Notes: a model not told the origin generated them from the sequence alone. A stretch of 64,000 nt of DNA from Octopus sinensis (GCF_006345805.1 NC_043008.1:22196001-22260000), one strand, 5' to 3'; numbered from the stretch's first letter, positions 27,098 to 38,486 are shown. Made by a program: numbers and translations.

Positions 27098-27128
<31 letters not shown>

Positions 27129-27186
27129 GTTAATCCAAACAAGAAAGCACAAAAAACACAACGCGAGGACATGGAACAAAGAAGGA

Positions 27187-27223
27187 GGGTTTAACGTTTC
27201 GAGCAGAGCTCTTTGTCGGAAAC
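27187..27223 (-). ncRNA. Decayed minimal type I hammerhead-ribozyme motif in a (TA)n-embedded element (27128-27297)
   Basis: GUUU-CCGACAA-A GAGC ucu GCUC-GAAA CGUU-AAAC: stems I and II and the palindromic stem III are present, but the core has two substitutions vs CUGACGA. Confidence 0.5.
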
Positions 27224-27500
27224 ATAGGAGAAGGAAAGATCCAGAGAAGGGAAGACAGAGGGAAAAAAATCGCCAACGGTACACACGAGGTTACATATAT
27301 ATATATATTATATATATATATATAATCAAAAAATACAGTGTACATTTAAACACATAAGGAATCCACTCATGGGATTCAACACGCTAGAAAGAACAGCTAG
27401 GTTCTATAACCTTTTGACTAATACATAGTCTTTTGGACTAAATTTTTAACATGCTAGACCACTGGAAGTGAAAATTTCTATTAATTTCCATTTCTCTTCA

Positions 27501-27531
<31 letters not shown>

Positions 27532-27664
27532 ATAGGATAAATGTAAAAAAACACAAACTGGGACAAGAACGCAAAACATTTAGAAGACGATACAAAAAAA
27601 CGAACGGGACATTCGAAGCCTTCGATCTTCAGTCAAAAACCGGATCATCTTCGGGTGTGACTAC

Positions 27665-27707
27665 GCTGCATTGATAAAGGGCAACTACCCTGAAACATGT
27701 CTGCAAC
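27665..27707 (+). ncRNA. Minimal type I hammerhead ribozyme with U3-A8 core variant, in a (TA)n-flanked ~390-bp element (27535-27930)
   Basis: GCUGCA-UUGAUAA-AGGG caacua CCCU-GAAA-CAUGUC-UGCAAC: stem I, core, 4-bp stem II, GAAA, palindromic ACAUGU stem III and GUC cleavage triplet. Confidence 0.7.
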
Positions 27708-27964
27708 TGTTTGACTAGCAGGATAAAGCAGCTGACCTCCCCTGTTCGAAGGTTTGTAATGGACGCAGGTTGTGTGTCAAATAGCTAGCTTGAGGCGGCG
27801 GCCTCTTGGAGCTAATCAGCGACAGCTTTAGTCTTATATTTATAAGACTGCCATATTAGTATGGCGATAACTATTAATTTCCAGTAACGCTGCCGTAATC
27901 TCCATTAGAGAGACTTAGTAATTTTAATGTTTCTATTATATATATTATATATATATATATATAT

Positions 27965-29062
27965 GTCTGAAGATATTATGCAAAACAGTTTTTCTTTTAT
28001 AGAATGAATGTACATGTACATAAGAAGCTGATATTGGTACAAATGCTCTTTCTTAATTGTGACCAAAATTTGACATACATCTGATCTGTTTTTCGTGAGT
28101 AATTGAGAATTTACTGAAACTGTCTGTCTGAAGTTATCATGCAAATGCTAGAATTGTTATTTGCTCTACATATCAGGACAATTAAAATATGTGAACTCAT
28201 AATGAACTTTTTACTAATTCAAAATATAATGGTTTAATATATAGTTGAAACAATTTACATGTTGATATAACGACCTTTCTTTTCAATCAACGCTACTAAT
28301 CTGTTGTCCTTCGAACCTGTTAGTTTTCTAATTTGATCTGGTGAAACTGCAGCTGTAATATTTTGTACAGTATCCCACAGTTCTACATTATTGTTGTACT
28401 GTTTGCCTCCTTCATAGAGTTCCTGTTTGACGATTGACCAGAGGTCTTCTATTGGATTCGAGTCAGGGTTTGACAGTAGCCACTCCATTATTTTGTCTTC
28501 AGCAAATCATTTGCACTCAAGAAACTCACAGTTTAGGTGAGAAGCATGTGATGGAGCATTGTCATGTATAAACATACATTTTTACCTTGAAACTGTGAGG
28601 CTGACGCTTGTACCATTCAAAGAAAGTTTGATCCAAGACTTCACTATAATTAGTAGGCCTACTGTTGAGTTTTACACCTTCATCAACTTTAAATGGTCCA
28701 ATGATGGTTCTATTAACAATACCAGCCCATATCATTACACCACCACCTCCTTGTTGCTGTCTTCTCATCATAGGAGCACCTTGGCCTGACAGAACCCATC
28801 CTTTAGTCCATTCATCTGGACTATCTAATGTGACATGATTCGTCCAGTAAATATGATGTTTTTGAAACCTGTTTTTAAGTATAGTCTTGCTCACTTTAGA
28901 TGTTTATCAATATTAGTTGGAGATATAGGAAGCTGGCGAGGAGATTTTTTTTCACAGAACCAAAGTTGCGAAGGACTCTACACCTTTTGTCACTCTTTAC
29001 TCCAACAATTCCAGCCATATTAAATACCTTATCACTACTGAGTAGTGGGTTTTTAGCGACAA
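27965..29062 (-). mobile_element. Decayed Tc1-family (DD34E-type) transposon
   Basis: TLDSPDEWTKGW..RRQQQGGGGVMIWAGI.. and WLLSNPDSNPIEDLWSIVKQELY..LIEKKGRYINM (WPxxSPDLNPIE motif); frameshifted; 5' part lost at a (TAT)n tract. Confidence 0.9.
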
Positions 29063-29085
29063 TGCATTTATTATTATTATTATTA

Positions 29086-29124
<39 letters not shown>

Positions 29125-29125
<1 letters not shown>

Positions 29126-30082
29126 ATTTTATGTTTGACTTGTCATCATCATCATCATCATCATCATCATGTTATGGATTCAGTGCCACATGGCTGCAAA
29201 GTGAGCTTGTTGATCACACAGCCTTGCCTGCACCTATCAGGACCTGTCTCTATAACTAGTCATTATACTTAGAGTTTACAGGTATCTATTAACTACGTCT
29301 AAAACTATTTATAATGTTTACAGCTTTAAGCACACATCAATGTGTGCATCTGTATGTTTGTATTTGTACAAGTTGGCTCCAAGTCTTGCCCAGAAACCTC
29401 AAGAGACAAGTTAGAAGTTCATGTTAGTGTTCTGCCAAGGATGTCATACATTTGGTATTGCACATAGTTTTGTTCTAGAGAATGTTTTAGAATACATAAG
29501 ACAATTATGAGTTTGTTTTAAAATTTTAGATGACATAGACAGTATTTTACGTAGGATATGGGTAGTTCCCACAAACTCTATCTTTTGAATTTCTGCCATT
29601 TTGGGGTTTCCTGGTATTTCAGCTAGGTAGGAATTAATCCCTTTTGCTATCATTCCTAGAGTATCTATGACAACAGGTATTGATTTAGTCTCAAGGTCCC
29701 ACATTTTGCCAATTTCTATTTCAAGATCTTTACACTTGCTCGGTTTTTGGTAGGTCTTGACAGATTCGTTTATATCAAATTGGACAGTCATATCAATGAG
29801 GAGGCATGATTTTTGTCTGAAGTCTTCAATATAATGTCTGGCCTATTTACATCTTTCTTTCTGTCAGTTTGAATGGTGAAGTTCCAGAGGAGTGAGATGT
29901 GGTCATTTTCAAGCACTGGGGGTGGTTTGTGGTCCCACCAGTTTTTATCATGGGGCAAGTCCAGGTTTTTGCAAAGTGCCCAGTGAATATATTGTGCAGC
30001 TCTATCATGTCTGTTGAGGTACTCTGTAGGCACAAGAAGACTGCACGTGGAGACAACATGATCAATGGTTTCATTTTGTTGT
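29125..30082 (-). mobile_element. R4/Dong-type non-LTR retrotransposon 3' fragment (restriction-like endonuclease + 3'UTR), interrupted at 29146-29372
   Basis: EYLNRHDRAAQYIHWALC..LLWNFTIQTDRK..NRPDII..KCKDLEIEIGKMW..PVVIDTLG..QKI..GTTHILRKIL; (TAA)n tracts at both ends. Confidence 0.85.
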
Positions 30083-30329
30083 TGTAGTTGTTGTTATTAT
30101 TATTATTATTATTATTAAAATTCCAGTGGCCACCTTTGCCTCTCATCCTTTTGTGGTCTATAAAACAAATACCTGTTGAGCACAGGGATCAATGTAAATA
30201 ACTTCCCCACCCCTCAAATTTGTTGACCTTGTGCCAAAATAAAAAAAGGATTATTATTATTATTATTATTCTTATTATTATTATTAGTATTAGTATTATT
30301 ATTATTATCATCATCATTATTGTTGTTGT

Positions 30330-30545
30330 TAGGGCAGCAAACTGACTGAATCATTAGCACACCAGACAAAATGCTTAGTCGCGTTTCGTATGTCTTTACA
30401 TTCCAAGTTCAAATTCTAGCAAGATCAACTTTGCTTTCGGGTATCAATAAAATAGGTAACAGTAGAGCCACTGGGGTCGATGTAATCGGCTTACACCCTT
30501 CCCATTAAATTACTGGTCTTGTGCCAAAATGTGAAACCATTATTG
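30330..30545 (+). mobile_element. Diverged SINE family B (alternative tail)
   Basis: Family B body ending ..GGTCTTGTGCCAAAATGTGAAACCATTATT. Confidence 0.65.
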
Positions 30546-30789
30546 TAGCTGTTGCTGTTGCTGTGGTTGTGGTTATGGTTGTTGATGGTATCAGTAGTAG
30601 ATTCAGCCTTAACAGCTATACACAGCTTCTCCCACTCACATATTGGAAGCCTTAGGCCCCTGTAAGACATCAGATCACTCCATATTGTCCTCTCAGAGCA
30701 AAAAAGGATCCTTTTCTGCCTTTTTCTGTTGTTTTATCCGAAGCAGAATGGCAGAAAATGTTGTCTTTTACGACATTCCTGGATTATAA

Positions 30790-31015
30790 TTAAGACTGAG
30801 AATATTCTTTTCTACTCTAGGCACAAGACCCGAAATTTTGGGGGAAGGGGCCAGTCGATTAGATCGACCCCAGTATGCAACTGGTACTTAATTTATCGAC
30901 CCCAAATGGATGAAAGGCAAAGTCAACCTCGGTGGAATTTGAACTCAGAATGTAAAGACAGACGAAATACTGCTAAGTATTTCACCTGGTGTGCTTACGT
31001 TTCTGCCAGCTCAAT
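30790..31015 (-). mobile_element. SINE family B (alternative tail)
   Basis: Reverse-complement family B with ..CTTGTGCCTAGAGTAGAAAAG tail. Confidence 0.8.
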
Positions 31016-31731
31016 GCCTAAAGACTGATATTATATACAAAATGTATCAAACACTTTTTTGAAGAACTGTATTAGCTGACTGAATAATTTTGTGTAGATT
31101 CTATAGCCAAAGAATCATGACTTCATTCTGTGTGTGAAACTGGGTATCATGATTATCTCTCTCTAAATCTAAATATTTGACATAACTGTGTAAAAATTGT
31201 TAACCACAATAGTTTTATTGACTTAATACGACTCCCTGGGGTTGTTGTGTCTGTGATTGAAACTTATTGGATTACAGAAAATGGATAAATAACACATAGA
31301 TGATTAGAAATTTGAGGAGAAAAAAACGCAGGAAACAAATTTGTTTGTGTCGTTGTAACATAGAATTAAGAAGTGCAAAGATGTAAACTAGAAATTCTTG
31401 AAATTTTCTTAAAGAATTGCAAGTCTAAAATAGTATCTAAATGTCTGCTGGACAGAGATTGCAGTTTGAAATAGAAATATCAGGAACTTTTATATTAAAG
31501 AAGCTATTGGAATCAAATTATTCAAGCCATAATTACATAGCGATGGAAAAATGTCTGAAGTGATTAAAATGTCATTAAATGATTTGAATGTCACACACAG
31601 TCCATTTCCTCTTGAGGTTTATTGTGAATGTCAGCATGTGCCAGAGCTTTGTGACCAATGAATTTATTGTTCACAAATTTGTGTAATAACCAGAAATACA
31701 AATATATAAAGATACATAGATATGAGTGCAC

Positions 31732-31768
<37 letters not shown>

Positions 31769-31829
31769 TGGAAACAGCTGCAAGCTAATGAAGTATGCTA
31801 ATTTGTTTCTTTGTCATTTTTGCTTCTTA

Positions 31830-32355
31830 TATATCATCATCATCATCATCATCATTGTTTAAAGTCCGCTTACCATGCTGGCATGGGTTGGATGCTTAGA
31901 CTGAGGGCTGGCAAGCCAGAAGGCTGCACCAGGCTCCAATTCAATCTGGCAACCTCTCTCTCTCTCTCTCTCTCTTATCATCATCATCATCGTTTAACGT
32001 CCGTTCTCCATGCTAGCATGGGTTGGACATTTCGACCGGGGATCTGGGAAGCCAGAAGGCTGCACAGGCTCCAGTCTGATCTGGCTGTGCTTCTACAGCT
32101 GGATGCCCTTCCTAACGCCAACCACTCCATGAGTGTAGTGGGTGCTTTTTACGTGCCACCTGCACAGGTGCCAGGCAAGGCTGGCAACGGCCACGATTGG
32201 ATTGGATTGGTGCATTTTACGTGCCACCGGCACGGAAGCCAGTCAAGGCAGCACTGGCATCGGCCACGATTCGGATAGCGCTTTTACGTGCCACCAGCAC
32301 GGAAGCCAGTCTAGGTGGCGCTGGCATTGGCCACATTCAGATGGTGCTTTTTACA
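31830..32355 (-). mobile_element. Two adjacent/nested RTE 3' ends
   Basis: Two (CAT)n-TTTAA..GCATGGGTTGGA starts, plus tandem subrepeats. Confidence 0.8.
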
Positions 32356-32544
32356 TATATATATATATATGTACACATGATGGCCTTCTTTTAGTTTTTG
32401 TCTACCGGATCCACTCACAAGGCTTTGGTCGGTCTGAGGCTATAGTAGAATACACTTGCCCAAGGTGCCATGCAGCAGGAATGAACCTGGAACCATGTGG
32501 TTGGTAAACAAGCTACATACCACACAGCCACTCCTTTATTCTTT

Positions 32545-33625
32545 TACTTGTTTCAGTCATTTTGACTGCGGCCATGCTGGAGCACTACCTTTTAGTCGAA
32601 GAATTCCACCCCTGGACTTATTCTTTGTTAGCTTGGTACTTATTCTATCAGTTACTTTTACTGAACTGCTAAGTTACGGGGAATGTAAACACACCAGCAT
32701 CAGTTTTGAAGCAATGATGGAGGGACAAACACAGACACAAACACACAAATATATATGTATATATATATATATATATATATGCTTCTTTCAGTTTCCATCT
32801 ACCAAATCCACTCACAAGGCTTTGGTCAGCCTGAGGCTATAGTAGAAGACACTTGTTCAAGGTGTCACGCAGTAGAACTGAACCCAGAACTATGAGACTG
32901 GCAAGCAAGCTTCTTACCACACAGCCAGTATGGATACTTTAGCATATGCCATATATATCTCCACGTGGCTGAGTGGTAAGTAACTTGCTTACCAACCACA
33001 TGGTTCCGGGTTCAGTCCCCTGTGTGGCACCTTGGGCAAGTGCCTTCTACTATAGCCTCGGGCTGACCAAAGCCTTGTGAGTGGATTTGGTAGACGGAAA
33101 CTGAAAGAAGCCCGTCGTATATATGTATATATATATATTTCTTTACTACCCACAAGGGGCTAAACATAGATGGGACAAACAAGGACAGACAAAGGGATTA
33201 AGTCGATTACATCGACCCCAGTGGGTAACTGGTACTTAATTTATCGACCCCGAAAGGATGAAAGGCAAAGTCGACCTTGGCGGAATTTGAACTCACAACG
33301 TAACGACAGATGAAATACCGCTAAGCATTTCGCCCGGCGCGCTAACGTTTCTGCCAGCTCGCCACCTTTTGTATATGTATATATGTATATATATATGTTT
33401 GTGTGTGTGTGTATGTTTGTGTGTCTGTGTTTGTGCCCCCCCACCAACATTGCTTGACTACCGATGCTGGTGTGTTAATGTCCACGTTAGCAGTTTGGCA
33501 AAAGAGGGTGATAGACTATGTACTAGGCTTACAAAGAATAAGTCCTGGGTCGATTTGCTTGACTAAAAGGCAGTGCTCCAGCATGGCCACAGTCAAATGA
33601 CTGAAACAACTAAAAGAGTATATAT

Positions 33626-33673
<48 letters not shown>

Positions 33674-34014
33674 ATAGGCTTCTTTCAGTTTCCATCTACT
33701 AAATCCATTCACAAGGCTTTGGTCAGCCTGAGGCTATAGTAGAAGATACTTGCTCAAGGTGCCACAGAGTAGAACTGAACCCAGAACCATGTGGTTGGCA
33801 AGCAAGATTCTTACTACACAGCCAGTATGGATATTTTTGCATATGCCATATATATCTCCACATGGCTGTGTGGTAAGTAGCTTGCTTACAAACCACATAG
33901 TTCCGGGTACAGTCCCCTGCATGGCACCTTGCCTGAATGCCTTCTACTATAGCCTCGGGCTGACCAAAGCCTTGTGAGTGGATTTGGTAGACAGAAACTG
34001 AAAGAAGCCCATTG

Positions 34015-34051
<37 letters not shown>

Positions 34052-34190
34052 GAAGACATTTGCTCAAGGTGCCACACTGTAGAACTGAACCCAGAACCAT
34101 GTGGTTGGCAAGCAAGATTCTTAACACACAGCCAGTATGGATACTTTAGCATATGCCAAATATATATCCTCACAGATATATACACACCTT
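32545..34190. mobile_element. Cluster of head-to-head SINE A pairs with a nested SINE B (33140-33366, minus)
   Basis: The unit minus-A / spacer CAGTATGGATA..GCATATGCC / plus-A occurs at ~32780 and ~33673, with a partial third at ~34045. Confidence 0.85.
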
Positions 34191-34434
34191 CTTAATCATG
34201 CTCTGCTGTATGCATTTCATTCTCTATACTAATTATCATAAAGTGTTCGATAATGTAACAATGGAGTTATGTTAATACGTACTTAGTGTAATATTTAAAC
34301 AGACTGTAGAGCGATGGAATTGAGATTCTTAGATACCTTTAATTAATCACCTATTATTATTGCAGACGCTTGGTTTGAAGTTTTATCTACTTGCCACATT
34401 CTTCATAGGTGAGAACATAGAATTAATAATTGTG

Positions 34435-34804
34435 CATCATCATCTTCATCATTATCATCATCATAATCATCATCATCATCAACTTGATCATGGATGATCA
34501 TCAACACCATTATCATCATCATCATCATCACCATCATCGTCGTCGTCATCATCATCCACCACCACCATCATCACTATCATCAACATCATCGGCAACATAA
34601 ACATCATTGGCAACATCATCATCATCATCAACTTGATCATGGATGATCATCAACATCACCATCATCGTCGTCATCATCATCATCATCATCCACCACCATC
34701 ATCACTATCATCAACATCATCATCAACATCAACATCATTGGCAACATCATCATCGTCATCATTATCATCCACCACCACCATCATCATCATCATCATCATC
34801 ATCC

Positions 34805-34830
<26 letters not shown>
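34435..34830. repeat. (CAT)/(CAC) low-complexity tract with an internal ~150-bp duplication
   Basis: CAACTTGATCATGGATGATCATCAAC occurs twice. Confidence 0.9.
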
Positions 34831-34837
<7 letters not shown>

Positions 34838-35250
34838 TTGCTATGGATTCAGTGCCACATGTCTGCAAAGTGAGCTTGTTGATCACACAGCCTTGCCTGC
34901 ACCTATCAGGGCCTGTCTCTATAACTAGTCATTATACTTAGAGCTGCAGGTATCTATTAACTACGTCTAAAACTATTTATAATGTTTAGAGCTTTAAGCA
35001 CACATCAATGTGTGCATCTGTATGTTTGTGGCTGTGTGGTAAGAAGTTTGCTTCCCACCCAAGTGGTTCAGGTTTTAATCTCATGGCATGGAAATCTTGG
35101 GCACATGTCTTCTACTGTGGCCTCAGTTTAACCAAAGCCTTGTAAGTGGATTTGGTAGGCAGAAACTAAAAGAAGATCATTGTATATATGAGTATGTGTG
35201 TGTGTGTGTATATATATAATCAAAATAGGCAACAAGGATATCTAGAGGTA

Positions 35251-35339
35251 ATGCAGTACGATCGTTTCATGTGACTCCATTTAATTGAACAATGCAATCA
35301 TTACATCAATTTAAAATGTAGAGCAATCTTCAGTTGCAT
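35251..35339 (-). ncRNA. Type I hammerhead-like motif with long stem II
   Basis: AUGCAA-CUGAAGA-[~58-nt imperfect hairpin]-GAAA-CGAUCG-UA-CUGCAU. Core intact, palindromic stem III, but the base of stem II is mismatched. Confidence 0.55.
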
Positions 35340-35482
35340 AAAAATATAGAATTTAGTTAAATTCGAAGGATTCGTATTTATAGTTTTCTTTTTATCCAAA
35401 ACCACCAAGAGGATAAGGCAGTTGTAACTGAGATTTTTTCAAAAGAAGACGCTGCTTACCACTGCTTATTTCTGTTATTCAG

Positions 35483-35713
35483 ATTTACTAGTGGTGGAGG
35501 GGGGGTAGTTTTAATTTATAGACTAGTTTATCTTCTTGTCTAAAGTATATTCTTACTGAACCAAATGGTTTTACTTCAAAGAAATCTTGGTTATGACCCT
35601 GCCACTTAAAATTGTCTATCTGTTTTACCCTACCCATAAAGGATATATTCTAGTTTCTCTTAAATTTGATAAACTAGTCTATAAATTAAAACTAACCACG
35701 TCCCCACTAGTAA

Positions 35714-35715
<2 letters not shown>
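35483..35715. mobile_element. MITE-like element with ~48-bp terminal inverted repeats
   Basis: ATTTACTAGTGG..TAGTTTTAATTTATAGACTAGTTTATC (35483-35532) vs GATAAACTAGTCTATAAATTAAAACTA..CCACTAGTAAAT (35668-35715); no clear TSD. Confidence 0.6.
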
Positions 35716-35744
<29 letters not shown>

Positions 35745-35779
35745 AGACAGATAGATAGATATATACATACATAAATATG

Positions 35780-35850
<71 letters not shown>

Positions 35851-37154
35851 CACAGGAGTGGCTGTGTGGTAAGTAGCTTGTTTACCAACTACATAGTTCC
35901 AGGTTCAGTCCCACTGCATGGCACCTTGGACAAGTGTCTTCTACTGTAGCCCCAGGCCAACCAAACCCTTGTGAGTGGATTTGGTAGACGGAAACTGAAG
36001 CAAGACCATCGTATATATATATATGTATATGTTTGTGTGTTTGTGTTTGTCCTCCCTAACATCATTTGACAACCGATGCTAGTGTGTTTACATCCCTGTA
36101 ACTTAGCGGTTCAACAAAAGAGACCGATAAAATAAGTTCTAGGCTTACGAGGAATAAGTCGTGGAGTCGATTTGCTTGACTAAAGGCGGTGCTCCAGCAC
36201 AGCCACAGTCAAATGACTGAAACAAATAAAAGAATATATATATATGTGTACATATATATATTATATATATATAGATAAAGGGTGAAATATAATTAATTTA
36301 ATAAAATCAATAAATTTCACCTAGTAGTATTTCGGTATGGAAAAGGACCATATTCGTAAAAATTTATATAATTATAATATAAGGGTTTTTTGCAACAAGT
36401 TGCTTAAACCACATACCGAAAATATTAGAAATAGCAGTCAAAGGACTACTATTTCTTTTACTACAAAAATAAGTCTCCACAAACAATATATATATATATC
36501 TATATATATATATATACACAGGAGTGGCTGTGTGGTAAGTAGCTTGTTTACCAACTACATAGTTCCAGGTTCAGTCCCACTGCATGGCACCTTGGACAAG
36601 TGTCTTCTACTGTAGCCCCAGGCCAACCAAACCCTTGTGAGTGGATTTGGTAGACGGAAACTGAAGCAAGACCATCGTATATATATATATGTATATGTTT
36701 GTGTGTTTGTGTTTGTCCTCCCTAACATCATTTGACAACCGATGCTAGTGTGTTTACATCCCTGTAACTTAGCGGTTCAACAAAAGAGACCGATAAAATA
36801 AGTTCTAGGCTTACGAAGGAATAAGTCGTGGAGTCGATTTGCTTGACTAAAGGCGGTGCTCCAGCACAGCCACAGTCAAATGACTGAAACAAATAAAAGA
36901 ATATATATATATGTGTACATATATATATTATATATATATAGATGAAGGGTGAAATATAATTAATTTAATAAAATCAATAAATTTCACCTAGTAGTATTTC
37001 GGTATGGAAAAGGACCATATTCGGTAAAAATTTATATAATTATAATAATAAGGGTTTTTTGCAACAAGTTGCTTAAACCACATACCGAAAATATTAGAAA
37101 TAGCAGTCAAAGGACTACTATTTCTTTTACTACAAAAATAAGTCTCCACAAACA

Positions 37155-37185
<31 letters not shown>
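35851..37185 (+). repeat. Near-identical tandem duplication (~665 bp: SINE A + a (TA)n-embedded element)
   Basis: Copies start at ~35851 and ~36516 and differ by about four single-base indels/substitutions outside the TA runs. Confidence 0.95.
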
Positions 37186-37192
<7 letters not shown>

Positions 37193-37193
<1 letters not shown>

Positions 37194-37345
37194 AATTAAA
37201 TTAGAGATAAAACCACTATTAGGCAAATCAAACAGTGAAAACAGTGGTTTTATCTCTAATTAATTTATATTTATATTGTGAAATTAGATTTAATCCTAAA
37301 TCTAATTTTTCCCTGTAAATTTGGATTTACTCCCTAATATTACTA
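37193..37345. mobile_element. (TA)n-embedded double-hairpin element
   Basis: AAATTAAATTAGAGATAAAACCACT / AGTGGTTTTATCTCTAATTAATTT and AAATTAGATTTA / TAAATCTAATTT. Confidence 0.5.
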
Positions 37346-37399
<54 letters not shown>

Positions 37400-37401
<2 letters not shown>

Positions 37402-37612
37402 ATTCATAATTAAGGGCAAACGAAAAAATTTCGTTAATGGACAATATGTCCAATTTTTCGGCATATCTGGCATTAGAAATTTTTTCGTTTGCCCTTAATT
37501 ATGAATTGTTTATAGATTTAACCTTTAAAGGTATTTTTTGATATGCTGGCCATTGATAAAATTTTTTTGGAAAAGAATATTTTTTCGAAAAAAAAAATTT
37601 TATCCTTCATTA
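37400..37612. mobile_element. Second copy of the 11781 palindromic element
   Basis: Same arms and the same ACCTTTAAAGGT..GCTGGCCATTGATAAAATTT end. Confidence 0.75.
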
Positions 37613-37689
37613 GATATATATATATATATACACATATATACATACACATATATAAATTTGATAATTATTTTATAATTATAATAGTGCAC

Positions 37690-38443
37690 ATGTGATGCCA
37701 GCTTTGTAGTGAAAAGGTAAGTCGAAAAATCCTCTAAGAAAACCATCAGACACTGAAAAAATAAGAAGCACAACAGAAATCAGACTGGGATATCATTAAG
37801 AACCTCCTGAATCCAGGTCTGCAAGTCTTCCAGTGTACAAGGTTTTGTCTTATATACCTTCTCTTTTGTGTAACCCTTGATGGCCATTCATGAGGTCCAC
37901 GTCCTCCCATCAGCTTCTATCTCCTTCACATAACAGGGTTTCCATGGATGAAAATTCAGTTCTCTATGCAACACCAAACATATTGTGTGCCTTGTTAGTC
38001 CACTTTCATGAGCTGCTTGGCACATTGACTTTTGCAGGCTATGATTAAACATTTCCTTGCACTGTTGCCACATTGTCCACTGCTCAGGATGCGGTTGGAT
38101 GGCCACATCTTGCATCGTTCACAGAACCCGTGGTCATCAGCTTTGCATGACAACGTTTTATTGTCTCTGGACGTAGTGCTCCATGCTTACATTTCCATGC
38201 TCGCCACCTTCTTTGAACCAAAACGATGGAATGCCACGCTTCATAGCGTGCTGCTATCTTAGCTCGCTCCTGAACAGCCAAGCGACCAACCTTCTGGAAA
38301 ATAAGAAATAAGAAATAAGACAATAAGAAAATAAGAAATCCCCATTAGTGTTGTCTGTTTGAAAAATGTTCTCGTCATGACTTCGGTGATACTAAAAGTT
38401 CTTTAAGCAATTTCTAATGCCCAGTTACTTTCCACCCACCCTG
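37690..38443 (-). mobile_element. Internally deleted Tc1/mariner (maT-like) transposon
   Basis: N-terminal HTH ERAKIAARYEAWHSIVLVQRRW..SMCQAAHESGLTRHTICLVLHRELNFHPWKP is joined to C-terminal YTKEKVYKTKPCTLEDLQTWIQEVLNDIP; starts TA|CAGGGTGGG. Confidence 0.8.
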
Positions 38444-38453
38444 TATATATATA

Positions 38454-38486
<33 letters not shown>

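Noticed and set aside
27605-27636. Minus-strand CUGAAGA followed by a hairpin as a second hammerhead
   Set aside because: No GAAA after stem II and no stem I pairing
36320-36365. Minus-strand hairpin + CCGAAAUACUA as a hammerhead
   Set aside because: The CUGANGA half of the core is absent
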